Source of the DNA: Anaerolineales bacterium
Lineage (GTDB): Bacteria > Chloroflexota > Anaerolineae > Anaerolineales > DRKV01
Length of the DNA: 45,465 bases
Assembly: GCA_024763355.1 (NCBI GenBank)
Contig: JANTFR010000002.1
Span: forward strand, 1 to 45,465
Direction of reading: 5' to 3'
Position numbers and translations under genes: made by a program. Position 1 is the stretch's first letter. Every line of letters begins with the position of its first letter. Of this stretch, positions 6,825 to 15,511 are shown piece after piece. The notes below the pieces were generated by a model. It was given only the letters and a program-made list of their open reading frames with translations, was not told the origin of the DNA and did not search any database.

Positions 6825-7850
6825 TCACGCCACCGCCCACCAGTCACGGCCTTCGACGAGACCAAAGGTGTGCAAGCGCTGGCGGATGAGAGGCCGCGCT
6901 CCGGGAGCGCCCACGACAACCAGGACGACCGGACGAGGGTAGCGCGCCCACAGGTCGGGCAGAGCCTCCGCCGGCTGAACGCGCACCCCGCGGCGGGTAC
7001 GCCCGATTTTTCGGGAGTCAACGTCCACCCAGGCGGCGGGGGAGAGACCTTCCTCCAACAGGGCGGCGCTGAACCAGCGTCCCATCTGGCCTGCGCCCCA
7101 CAGGATAAGGGCATCCCGCTCCTGCAGAGGGCCGCGTTTCAGGTAGTGAACTTTGGCGCGCAGAAAGTTCTTAAGGCTGTAACGTTCATCCCGGCGGGTG
7201 AGACGCTGCGGACGCTCCCGCCAGAAATGCAAAATCTGCGGCACTTTTGCGAAGCGCGCCCCGCGCAGGGAGAGACGCAGCCACAGGTCGTAGTCTTCCG
7301 CCCAGCCGGGGTCGCGGTAGCCGCCGACGGCCTCCACAGCAGCCATGCGGAAGGTCACGCTGGGATGCACGAGGGGGCTTTCGACGAAAATCTCGCGGCG
7401 GATATCTTCATCCGTCAAGAGGGCGTTGAGCCACGCCAGGTAGCGCACCATGCCGAGGCGCACCTGCGCTTTGGGGAAAGCCTCCACCAGGCAGGAGACC
7501 ACATCCACGGCGGGATGGGAGCGCAGAAAATCCACCTGGGCAGCGAAACGGAGGGAGTGGGCGCGGTCATCGGCGTCCATGCGGGCAACCAGCGGGGCGC
7601 GGCAGGCCGCCAGGCCCTCCTGCAAGGCGGGCACCAGCCCCCGATGGGGAGCGCGGAGCACCCGCAAAGGGAGGCCGCGCCCGCTCCACCGGGTGAGGAT
7701 TTCAGGGGTGGCATCAGTGGAACCATCATCCACGGCCACCACTTCAAAATTCCGAAAGGTCTGCCGCGCCAGGCTCTCCAGGGCCTCATCCAAGGTATCG
7801 GCGGCGTTGTAGCACGGCAGCAAAACGGAAAGTTCAGGCAATCTTCGCAA
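6825..7850 (-). CDS. glycosyltransferase family 2 with extra C-terminal Rossmann-like domain
   Basis: LSVLLPCYNAADTLDEALESLARQTFRNFEVVAVDDGSTD...ARMDADD (DxD). C-terminal LILWGAGQMGRW module. Confidence 0.85.
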   Translation of the reverse strand: MRRLPELSVLLPCYNAADTLDEALESLARQTFRNFEVVAVDDGSTDATPEILTRWSGRGLPLRVLRAPHRGLVPALQEGLAACRAPLVARMDADDRAHSLRFAAQVDFLRSHPAVDVVSCLVEAFPKAQVRLGMVRYLAWLNALLTDEDIRREIFVESPLVHPSVTFRMAAVEAVGGYRDPGWAEDYDLWLRLSLRGARFAKVPQILHFWRERPQRLTRRDERYSLKNFLRAKVHYLKRGPLQERDALILWGAGQMGRWFSAALLEEGLSPAAWVDVDSRKIGRTRRGVRVQPAEALPDLWARYPRPVVLVVVGAPGARPLIRQRLHTFGLVEGRDWWAVA

Positions 7851-9075
7851 GCCCCTGGTCGAGGTCGGCGATGATGTCTTCCACGTTTTCGATGCCCACA
7901 GAAATGCGAACCAGCCCGTCGGTGATGCGGGCCTTGAGCCGCTCCTCGCGGGGCATGCCGGCGTGAGTCATGCTGGCAGGGTGCTCGATGAGCGTGTCCA
8001 CGTTGCCCAAACTGACGGCCAGGGTCGCCAGTTGAACGCTGTTCATCAGCGTTTCACCGGCCTGCAAGCCGCCCTTCAGTTCAAAGGAAATCATGCCGCC
8101 GAAACAGTGCATCTGCTTTTTGGCGATTTCGTGGCCGGGGTCGCTTTCCAGACCGGGGTAGAAGACGCGCTCCACTTTAGGATGCGCCTCCAGGTAACGG
8201 GCTATCTGCATGGCGTTCTCGCAATGGCGCTGCATCCGCACCTCGAAAGTCTTCAACCCCAGGTTTGCGAGCCAGGTATCGAAGGGACTGGGATTGGTGC
8301 CCAGCGACTTCTGGCGGCTCTTGAGTTCATTATGGACGTAATCCAGATGGGTGCTGACGACCGCTCCGCCGACGACGACGCCGTGACCGGTGAGGTATTT
8401 GGTGGTGGAGTGGATGACGACATCCGCTCCCAGTGTGAGAGGGCGCTGGCCGTAGGGGGTGGCGAAGGTATTGTCCACCATCAGCCATGCGTCGTGGCGG
8501 TGGGCAATTTCGGAGACGGCGGCGATATCCACTACGTTCATGGTGGGATTGGCGGGCGTTTCCACGTACACGGCCCTAGCATTGGGGTACTCCTTGAAGG
8601 CCGCCTCCCAGTTTTCCGGCGTAGGGTCGCTGACCCAGACAACATTGATGCCCAGCAAGGGGATGAGGTTATGGAAAAGGCCGAAAGTACCACCGTAGAT
8701 GGCCTCCTGTGTGAGCAGGGTATCCCCGGCGCTAAGATGTGCCAGGAGCGCCGTGGCAATGGCCGCCATCCCGGAGGAGAAAACCAGCCCGTCGGCCACC
8801 TCGGAGACATCTTTGCCGGGCTGCGCCTGAAGCAAATCAAAGGCTTCCAACGCAGAGTACTTGCGGATGAGGATGTCGAAGTTGGGGTTGCCCAAACGAG
8901 AATAAACGTAACCTTTTTGCTCCCCGCCAAACAAGGCTGCGCCCGTGGCTACATCGGGGAAACTGAATGTTGATGTCTGAAAAAGCGGCGTGATATGGGC
9001 ATGATGTGGGTTGTGTCCTTCGCCGATGTGGGTCACCAGCGTGCCCATCCCCTTGGGAAAATCAGATTGCTGCAT
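7834..9075 (-). CDS. PLP-dependent Cys/Met-metabolism enzyme (methionine gamma-lyase / O-acetylhomoserine sulfhydrylase family)
   Basis: Trimmed to ATG 9075 (MQQSDFPKG..., SD ggagg upstream). PLP-lysine motif STTKYLTGHG. Overlaps the GT2 start by 17 nt. Confidence 0.85.
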   Translation of the reverse strand: MQQSDFPKGMGTLVTHIGEGHNPHHAHITPLFQTSTFSFPDVATGAALFGGEQKGYVYSRLGNPNFDILIRKYSALEAFDLLQAQPGKDVSEVADGLVFSSGMAAIATALLAHLSAGDTLLTQEAIYGGTFGLFHNLIPLLGINVVWVSDPTPENWEAAFKEYPNARAVYVETPANPTMNVVDIAAVSEIAHRHDAWLMVDNTFATPYGQRPLTLGADVVIHSTTKYLTGHGVVVGGAVVSTHLDYVHNELKSRQKSLGTNPSPFDTWLANLGLKTFEVRMQRHCENAMQIARYLEAHPKVERVFYPGLESDPGHEIAKKQMHCFGGMISFELKGGLQAGETLMNSVQLATLAVSLGNVDTLIEHPASMTHAGMPREERLKARITDGLVRISVGIENVEDIIADLDQGLAKIA

Positions 9076-9099
9076 GGAGTGCCTCCAAAAAAATTGAGA

Positions 9100-9150
9100 G
9101 TGGGTAGAAAGTACGCAAGTTTGCAAGTGGAAAAGTTTGCAGGCTTGCGG
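9100..9150 (-). repeat. CAAACTT/CACTTGC word cluster in the leader of the PLP-enzyme gene
   Basis: The minus strand reads CCGCAAGCCTGCAAACTTTTCCACTTGCAAACTTGCGTACTTTCTACCCAC. The same words occur at 25717-25754 and 6776-6824. Confidence 0.7.
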
Positions 9151-9286
9151 ACGGGGCGGAAACGGTTCCGAAATTATACCCGCATTGGGGAGCAAATCAC
9201 GAAGGAAGCGGAACCTTCCATGCCGCGGCGTCGTCTACCATCCGCCGTCCACCGTCTCATGTAGTACAATCCCCCCCGAAACCGTC

Positions 9287-11191
9287 ATGAAACGAAATCC
9301 CCCCTACCCCGCGTCCTCCCTGGACGCACTGATACAAACCGTCACCGCTTCTCTGCTGGGCGGGGTGCTGCTCTTCGCGGCGGCCTCGCTCCTGCTGGGC
9401 ATCGCCTTCGAGGCGCGTTACGCCGGAAGGGTGTACCCCGGCGTGTACCTGGGCGGCGTGGCGGTCGGCGGATTGCGACCCGCAGAGGCCGCCGCCCGCC
9501 TGGAGAAAAATTTCACCTACCCGCAGGAGGGGAGCATCACTTTGCTGGACGGCGGCAGCCGCTGGGAATTTTCGCCGGCCGACCTGGGCCTCTTTCTGGA
9601 TGCGGAACGCAGCGCCCAACAAGCCTACGCCTGGGGACGCACGGGAGGGCCGCTCGCCCGCCTGCAAGCGCAGTGGAACGCCTGGCAAAGCGGGGTCAGT
9701 TTGCCGCCCGTGCTGGTCTTCGACGAGCGCATTGCCGAAAACGCCCTGCGGATGGTCTCCGACGCCGTCAACCAGCCCGTGCGGGAAGCCCAACTGGAAA
9801 TTCGCGGCCTGGAGGTGGAGGCCGTGTCCGGTCAAATCGGACGGGAGGTGGATATTCCCGGCACGCTGGAGAGCATCCGCCCGCGGGTGGAGAACCTGCA
9901 AAGCGGCGAAATCCTTTTGGTCGTGCGCGAGACGCCCCCCGCGGTGCTGGATGCCAGCGAGCAGGCCGCGATAGCCCGCCGGATTCTCTCCGCCCCCCTG
10001 GTGCTGCGCGTCCCCGATGCGGAGGAAGGCGACCCCGGCCCCTGGGAATTCGCCCCCGAACAACTGGCAGAGCACCTGACCATCGAGAGGGTGGAGACCC
10101 CCGAAGGAGCAACGCGCTTTCAGGTCGGTCTGGAAACCGATTTTCTGCGCCCCATTTTAGAGGAAGCCGCCTCCCAACTGGAGCGCAAGGCGGAGAACGC
10201 CCGATTTTACTTCGACGACGAGAGCCGCGAACTGGTGCGCATCCAGAATGCCGTCATCGGACGACGGCTGCTCGTCACCGAGACGCTGCAAACCGTCAAC
10301 GAGAAACTGGCCGCCGGGGAACACAACATCCCCCTGGTTTTCGACTATAGCCTGCCGCAAGTAGGGGATGAGGCCACTGCCGCCGACCTGGGGATTACCG
10401 AACTGGTCAGCGCCCACACGACGTACTTCTACGGCTCCAGTTCGGGGCGCATCCACAACATCCAGACCGCCGCGGGGCGCTTCCACGGGGTGCTGGTGCC
10501 GCCCGGAGCGGTCTTCTCGATGGGCGAAATCTTGGGCGATGTCAGTTTGGATACCGGCTATGCCGAGGCGCTCATCATCTACGGAGACCGCACCATCAAA
10601 GGCGTGGGCGGCGGGGTGTGCCAGGTAAGCACCACCCTCTTCCGCACCGTCTTTTTCGGCGGCTACCCCGTAGTGGAGCGCCATCCCCACGCCTACCGGG
10701 TGTACTACTACGAGCAGAACGCTGCCGGCGGCATCAATCCCAACCTGGCCGGCCTGGATGCCACCGTCTACGTGCCGGTAGTGGATTTCAAATTCCAGAA
10801 CGACACCCCTTACTGGCTTCTGATGGAGACCTACGTCAACCCCGCGGCGCGCACCCTGACATGGAAGTTCTACTCCACCTCCGACGGGCGCACGGTGGAA
10901 TGGGACACCACCGGACCGGTCAACCGCGTCGACCCGCCCGACCCGGTGTACGAAGAAAACCCCGAACTCTCCAAAGGGCAAATCAAGCAGGTGGATTGGG
11001 CTGCCGAAGGCGCCGATGTGACCGTGACGCGCACCGTTTATCGCGACGGGAAGATTTACTTGCAGGACGAGTTCTTCACCCACTATCTCCCCTGGCGGGC
11101 AGTCTGTCAATACGGCCCCGGCACCAAAGGGATGCCTCCCAAACACCCCGACCCCAAGCACCCCTGCCAGCCGGATACGAAGAAGAAGTAG
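9287..11191 (+). CDS. VanW family protein with N-terminal TM anchor
   Basis: Trimmed to ATG 9287 (MKRNPPYPASS...). TM segment LLGGVLLFAAASLLLGIAF. VanW core GAVFSMGEILGDVSLDTGYAEALIIYGDRTIKGVGGGVCQVSTTLFRTVFFGGYPVVERHPH. Confidence 0.85.
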   Translation: MKRNPPYPASSLDALIQTVTASLLGGVLLFAAASLLLGIAFEARYAGRVYPGVYLGGVAVGGLRPAEAAARLEKNFTYPQEGSITLLDGGSRWEFSPADLGLFLDAERSAQQAYAWGRTGGPLARLQAQWNAWQSGVSLPPVLVFDERIAENALRMVSDAVNQPVREAQLEIRGLEVEAVSGQIGREVDIPGTLESIRPRVENLQSGEILLVVRETPPAVLDASEQAAIARRILSAPLVLRVPDAEEGDPGPWEFAPEQLAEHLTIERVETPEGATRFQVGLETDFLRPILEEAASQLERKAENARFYFDDESRELVRIQNAVIGRRLLVTETLQTVNEKLAAGEHNIPLVFDYSLPQVGDEATAADLGITELVSAHTTYFYGSSSGRIHNIQTAAGRFHGVLVPPGAVFSMGEILGDVSLDTGYAEALIIYGDRTIKGVGGGVCQVSTTLFRTVFFGGYPVVERHPHAYRVYYYEQNAAGGINPNLAGLDATVYVPVVDFKFQNDTPYWLLMETYVNPAARTLTWKFYSTSDGRTVEWDTTGPVNRVDPPDPVYEENPELSKGQIKQVDWAAEGADVTVTRTVYRDGKIYLQDEFFTHYLPWRAVCQYGPGTKGMPPKHPDPKHPCQPDTKKK

Positions 11192-11372
11192 GACAACAGA
11201 CGACGGACAACAGACGACGGACGACGGTAGACCGTGGACGGTGGGCGGTACGTTGTACGCCGTACACAGTACCTCATACACAGTACCTCGTACACGGTAC
11301 CTCGTACACGGTACGCCGCACCCCGCACTCCGCACGTCGCACCCCGCACCTGACACCTGGCACCTGACACAT
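11192..11372 (+). repeat. composite spacer between VanW and GH114: GGACAACAGACGAC x2, then GTACACRGTACCTC x4, then GCACCCCGCAC / CACCTGACAC words
   Basis: Read directly. The spacer begins immediately after the TAG stop (11189-11191) and ends at ATG 11375. Confidence 0.9.
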
Positions 11373-11374
11373 CC

Positions 11375-12259
11375 ATGAAACGCATTCTTCCCCTTCTCCT
11401 TCTTGCCCTGGCCCTGCTCGGCGTCTGGATTGTGCGCGCCGCATCCCAGCGCGTTTACCTGCCCCTGGTATCCCGACAGGTCTCCGCGGAGAGTACCCCC
11501 ACCGTCTCACCCACAGCAACGCCCGAAGCGTCCCCCACCCCCACGCCAACCTGGTGGCAGCCCGCTCCCGGCACCTCCTGGCAGTGGCAATTGAGCAACA
11601 ACGACGCCATCGACACCTCCTTCGACGTGGATATGTACGATATTGACCTGGTCGAGGCCCCGCAAAGTGTCATTGACCAGTTGCACGCCGACGGACGCAT
11701 CGTGATTTGCTACTTCAGCGCCGGCAGTTGGGAGGACTGGCGTCCCGACGCCGACGACTTCCCTTCTGAGGTCATCGGCAACCCGCTGGAGGGCTGGCCG
11801 GGCGAAAAATGGCTCGACATCCGGCAGATAGACACCCTGGCTCCCATCATGCGCGCCCGCCTGGATTTGGCCGTCCAGAAGCACTGTGACGGCGTGGAAC
11901 CCGACAACATCGACGGTTACGCCAACGACACCGGTTTCCCCCTCACCGCCGAAGACCAGTTGGCCTACAACCGCTTCATCGCTGCCGAAGCTCACGCCCG
12001 CGGTCTCTCCATCGGACTGAAGAACGACCTGGAACAAATCCCCGACCTGCTTTCCGATTTCGACTGGATGCTCAACGAAGAGTGCTTCTACTACGACGAA
12101 TGCGACCTGCTCACCCCCTTCGTCCAGGCCGGTAAAGCCGTTTTTGGGGTAGAATACGAACTGGAAAAGACGGAATTTTGTCCCCAGGCCAATGCCATGA
12201 ACTTCGACTTCCTCAAAAAACACTGGGAACTGGACGCCTGGCGGGAATCCTGCCGCTGA
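11375..12259 (+). CDS. secreted glycoside hydrolase family 114 (endo-alpha-1,4-polygalactosaminidase-like)
   Basis: Signal peptide. WQWQL...DVDMYDIDL...GRIVICYFSAGSWEDWRPD...GEKWLDIR...GVEPDNIDGY...GLSIGLKND is typical of GH114/PelA-hydrolase-type domains. Confidence 0.78.
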   Translation: MKRILPLLLLALALLGVWIVRAASQRVYLPLVSRQVSAESTPTVSPTATPEASPTPTPTWWQPAPGTSWQWQLSNNDAIDTSFDVDMYDIDLVEAPQSVIDQLHADGRIVICYFSAGSWEDWRPDADDFPSEVIGNPLEGWPGEKWLDIRQIDTLAPIMRARLDLAVQKHCDGVEPDNIDGYANDTGFPLTAEDQLAYNRFIAAEAHARGLSIGLKNDLEQIPDLLSDFDWMLNEECFYYDECDLLTPFVQAGKAVFGVEYELEKTEFCPQANAMNFDFLKKHWELDAWRESCR

Positions 12260-12273
12260 TGCAAGGGCATGGC

Positions 12274-12591
12274 ATGAGGCATAGCATGAATTCTTCCACA
12301 CTGATTGAATTGCAAGAAGGGCGCGCCCGCCGAGTGCAAGTTACGGAAGATATGCTCACAGTCGAACTGGAAGATGGCCGTGTCATCAGCGTTCCGCTGG
12401 TCTGGTATCCGCGTCTTTGGTACGGAACCCCCGAAGAACGCGCCCACGTTGTTTTGCTGGGAGACGGAAGATACCTCCATTGGCCGGAACTGGACGAGGA
12501 TTTGAGTGTCCAGGGGCTACTGTTGGGGAAAAAATCCGGCGAATCGGCGCGCTCGTTACAACGCTGGCTGGAATCTCGCGGTCAGCATTAA
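12274..12591 (+). CDS. DUF2442 domain protein
   Basis: LTVELEDGRVISVPLVWYPRL...TPEERAHVVLLGDGRYLHWPELDEDLSVQGLL matches the DUF2442 pattern. Start is uncertain (ATG at 12259, 12274 or 12286). Confidence 0.62.
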   Translation: MRHSMNSSTLIELQEGRARRVQVTEDMLTVELEDGRVISVPLVWYPRLWYGTPEERAHVVLLGDGRYLHWPELDEDLSVQGLLLGKKSGESARSLQRWLESRGQH

Positions 12592-12595
12592 TCCG

Positions 12596-12635
12596 TAAAG
12601 ACTTCCGAGATTTCGAAATCTCGGAAGTCTGTCCC
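12596..12635. repeat. internally deleted derivative of the MITE (core palindrome only)
   Basis: TAAAGACTTCCGAGATTT-CGAAATCTCGGAAGTCTG is a perfect 15-bp palindrome identical to the MITE inner stem. It lies 5 nt after the DUF2442 stop and may act as a terminator or stabiliser hairpin. Confidence 0.7.
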
Positions 12636-12681
12636 AACCGAACTTCCCCCTAACACCGTGACGACAAACAAGGAGACCCTT

Positions 12682-12903
12682 ATGGTAAGTCAAGACCTGC
12701 TCGACATCCTGCGCTGCCCCGCCTGCGTGCGCGAAAAAGAAGGCCTGCTCGAATACTACAAAGAAACCTGGCTCATTTGCCAGGATTGCGGGCGCAAATA
12801 CCCCATCGTGGATGACATCCCCGTGATGCTGATTGACGAAGGCGACAAATGGGTGGACACCGCCAAGGAAGACCTGCCCATCCCGCCCCCCAACCCGGCA
12901 TGA
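12682..12903 (+). CDS. Trm112 family (UPF0434) small zinc-ribbon protein
   Basis: LLDILRCPAC...LICQDCGRKYPIVDDIPVMLIDEG. SD aaggag lies 7 nt before ATG 12682. Confidence 0.75.
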   Translation: MVSQDLLDILRCPACVREKEGLLEYYKETWLICQDCGRKYPIVDDIPVMLIDEGDKWVDTAKEDLPIPPPNPA

Positions 12904-13514
12904 GCGCGGCGGAGACAATCCGCCCGCTGCTGGATGCCCTCGCCCGCGGCGATGAGGAAGCCGCCGAAGACGCGGTAACAAACTTGCTTCGAGAGGGCCT
13001 GCCCTCCCCGGAGGTTCTGCTCCCCCTCCTGGATTCTCCCGACCCCGACCTGCGCTGGTGGGTGCTCCGTACCCTGGGAGAGATTTTCCACCCCAAAGCG
13101 CGGGCCGTCCTGCTGGATGCCCTCCACGCCCCCGAAGCGGAAATCCGGCAATGCGCCGCTCTGGGACTGCGCCATCACGCCCAACACGGCCTGGAAACGG
13201 CGGAAGCCGCCCAGGCCGTGGCCGCGTTGACGCCCCTCCTGAACGAGAAAGACCGTCTCCTGGCATCCCTGGCGCGGGACGCGCTCACCGCCATCGGAGC
13301 GCCCGCCGTCCCCGCCCTGCTGGAAACTCTCCAAAACGGCTCCCCTGCCGCCCGTCTGGAGACCATGCGCGCCCTGGCGGCTATCGGTGACCAACGCGCC
13401 ATACCGGCCATGTTCGCCGCCGTCACCGAAGACGACACAGCCCTCCTGCAGCACTGGGCCGAAGAAGGGCTGGAGAAAATGGGGGTTGGAATGGTATTTT
13501 TCAAGCCGGAGTGA
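12900..13514 (+). CDS. HEAT-repeat protein
   Basis: ATGA overlap with the Trm112 stop. Repeated LLxxLxDPDxxVRxxAxxALGxI-type units (LLDSPDPDLRWWVLRTLGEI, LLDALHAPEAEIRQCAALGL, ARLETMRALAAIGD). Confidence 0.7.
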   Translation: MSAAETIRPLLDALARGDEEAAEDAVTNLLREGLPSPEVLLPLLDSPDPDLRWWVLRTLGEIFHPKARAVLLDALHAPEAEIRQCAALGLRHHAQHGLETAEAAQAVAALTPLLNEKDRLLASLARDALTAIGAPAVPALLETLQNGSPAARLETMRALAAIGDQRAIPAMFAAVTEDDTALLQHWAEEGLEKMGVGMVFFKPE

Positions 13515-13573
13515 GGTTTTGCACTTTCCTCACATCCGGCATCTCCTCCGCGGGGGGAGGAAAAATTACGCGC

Positions 13574-13632
13574 CCATTCGTGCTATTCGTGCCCGTTCGT
13601 GCTATTCGTGTCCCTTCGTGGACATTCGTGGA
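13574..13632 (-). repeat. CACGAAT-family tandem repeat (about 6 units) abutting the TAG stop of the DUF456 gene
   Basis: The minus strand reads TAG-TCCACGAATGTCCACGAAGGGACACGAATAGCACGAACGGGCACGAATAGCACGAATGG. Confidence 0.88.
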
Positions 13633-14124
13633 CTAAAAGGCCCACACCGCCCACAAGACAATCATCACCACCCCAATGGCAAAACGCGCCAGGAAAGACA
13701 GTCCCCAGCCCGTAGCCAGCCCCTTGACCGTATCCAGGGCCTGGTCTCGGTTGCGGTGGCGGTAATACTCGAAACCGAACAATGCCAGGGGGCCAAGCAC
13801 CAGACCACCCACCACAGGGACAATCAGCGTCCCGATGAAGAAACCGACCAGCGCGACCGCCAATCCTCCCCAGGAAGCGCCGCCTTTCTTCGCCCCCGCG
13901 CCCATCAGGACGTTATCCACCAGCATCCCGCCGATTGCCAGCAGGGTGATGAGAGCGAACATCCAGCCGCCCAGCGTGCCGAACCCGGCGGCCAGGCCAT
14001 ACGCCAGCGCTGCCAGCCAAATGATGATGATGCCGGGGAAGACGGGAATCACCAGCCCGAACAGGCCGACCAGCATGACGAGGAGGGCAACAACACGGAT
14101 GGAAGTTTCAATCCAGGGGGGCAT
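13633..14124 (-). CDS. DUF456-like integral membrane protein
   Basis: Trimmed to ATG 14124. Four to five hydrophobic segments (LFGLVIPVFPGIIIIWLAALAYGL...). The upstream part of the track ORF is antisense to serS. Confidence 0.65.
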   Translation of the reverse strand: MPPWIETSIRVVALLVMLVGLFGLVIPVFPGIIIIWLAALAYGLAAGFGTLGGWMFALITLLAIGGMLVDNVLMGAGAKKGGASWGGLAVALVGFFIGTLIVPVVGGLVLGPLALFGFEYYRHRNRDQALDTVKGLATGWGLSFLARFAIGVVMIVLWAVWAF

Positions 14125-14161
14125 GGAGGGTGCGGGTTGCGGGTTAGGGGTTGCGGGTTGG
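14125..14161 (-). repeat. 8-nt tandem words CAACCCGC / CCTAACCC in the leader of the DUF456 gene
   Basis: The plus strand reads GGAGGGTGCGGGTTGCGGGTTAGGGGTTGCGGGTTGG. It fills the serS-DUF456 spacer. Confidence 0.85.
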
Positions 14162-14174
14162 ATTCGTCCGCGGG

Positions 14175-15446
14175 CTACGGTCGAATCACGTCGATGCCGC
14201 CCATCCAGGGGCGCAGGACTTCGGGGACGATTACCGAGCCGTCGGGCTGCTGGTAGTTCTCCAGAATGGCAATCATCGTGCGGGGCACACCCAGTCCGGA
14301 GCCGTTGAGGGTGTAAGGGTAGCGGGTGCGCTTCTCCCCTTCGGGGCGGTAGCGCACACCGGCGCGGCGGGCCTGGAAATCGCCCACACAAGAAACCGAG
14401 GAGACTTCCAGCCATTCCTTCACACCCGGCGACCAAACTTCGATATCATAGGTAATTTGCGCCTTTTCGCCCAGGTCGCCGGTGCAGAGTTGCACGATGC
14501 GGTAGGTCAGCCCCAATTCGGCGCAGGTCTGGGAGGCATCGGCCAGCATCTTCTCCAGTTCGGCGTCGGCGTCTTCGGGAGAGCAGTAGATGTACATCTC
14601 CACCTTGTCGAACTGGTGGCCGCGCTTGATGCCGCGCACATCGCGCCCGGCGCTCATCTTCTCGCGGCGGAAACAGGGGGTATAGGCCGTATAACGCCGC
14701 GGCAGGGAGGCCCCGTCCAGAATTTCCCCCATATGAAGGCCGGTCAGGGGCACTTCGGCGGTGGGAACCATCCACAGGTCTTCCTCGTGGTCTTTGTACA
14801 TGTTGGCCTGGAATTTGGGCAATTCCCCGGCAGCGAACATGGTTTCGCTCTTGACCATGAAAGGGGTGTACTTTTCGGTGTAGCCCTGACGGATGTGCAA
14901 ATCCAGCATCCAGGCAATCAGGGCACGCTGCAAGCGCGCTCCGGCCCCGCTGAGGACGTAAAAGCGCGAACCGGTCATCTTGACGCCCTGCTCAAAGTTG
15001 ATGATACCCAGAGCAGGCCCCAAATCCCAATGGGGCTGCACCTCGAAATCGGGCTGGCGCGGTTCGCCCACGGTGCGGAGCACCACGTTTTCAGATTCGT
15101 CCGCCCCAAGGGGGACGCGGGGGTCCGGCACGTTGGGGAAAGTCGCCATCAGGTCGTTCAGTTGCCCCTGTACCTGACGCAACTGTTCGTCCAGTTGGGC
15201 AATCTGGCCGCCGACGGCGCGCATGGCCTCAATTTTAGCCTGGCGTTCGGCTTTGTCTTTGCTGCGCCCGATTTCTTTGGAGACGCGATTGCGTTCGGCC
15301 TTGAGGGCCTCCACCTCGCGGAGAAGGTCGCGGCGCAGGGTGTCCAATTTGATGACTTCGTCTACGGGGGCGGGGTCCATACCGCGCTTGCGGAGGGCCT
15401 CGCGCACTACGTCAGGGGTTTCGCGAAAGAGTTTGATGTCGAGCAT
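14175..15446 (-). CDS. serS: serine--tRNA ligase
   Basis: 423 aa. N-terminal coiled-coil arm and class II motifs ([27 protein letters not shown]). Confidence 0.95.
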   Translation of the reverse strand: MLDIKLFRETPDVVREALRKRGMDPAPVDEVIKLDTLRRDLLREVEALKAERNRVSKEIGRSKDKAERQAKIEAMRAVGGQIAQLDEQLRQVQGQLNDLMATFPNVPDPRVPLGADESENVVLRTVGEPRQPDFEVQPHWDLGPALGIINFEQGVKMTGSRFYVLSGAGARLQRALIAWMLDLHIRQGYTEKYTPFMVKSETMFAAGELPKFQANMYKDHEEDLWMVPTAEVPLTGLHMGEILDGASLPRRYTAYTPCFRREKMSAGRDVRGIKRGHQFDKVEMYIYCSPEDADAELEKMLADASQTCAELGLTYRIVQLCTGDLGEKAQITYDIEVWSPGVKEWLEVSSVSCVGDFQARRAGVRYRPEGEKRTRYPYTLNGSGLGVPRTMIAILENYQQPDGSVIVPEVLRPWMGGIDVIRP

Positions 15447-15460
15447 GGGAAGAGGGGAGA

Positions 15461-15511
15461 GGTTGGTAGTTGGTGGTCAGTGGTCTATGGTCAGTGGTCT
15501 GCGGTCTACAG
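15461..15511 (-). repeat. GACCACTGACCATA-type tandem words in the serS leader
   Basis: The minus strand reads CCTGACTGTAGACCGCAGACCACTGACCATAGACCACTGACCACCAACTACCAACC. It fills the lysS-serS spacer. Confidence 0.85.

Noticed and set aside
9137-9286. 50-codon N-terminal extension of the VanW ORF, and similar extensions of the GNAT (17793-18473), C-N hydrolase, permease and rnd ORFs
   Set aside because: The extensions lack an SD, overlap divergent promoters or antisense genes, and are Arg/Pro-rich. Internal ATGs with an SD or signal peptide give proteins of canonical length.
13535-13565. Hairpin CCTCC-GCGGGG-GGAGG between the convergent HEAT and DUF456 genes, considered as a terminator
   Set aside because: The stem is only 5 bp. 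On the plus strand it is followed by an A-run rather than a U-tract. On the minus strand the T-run precedes the stem.
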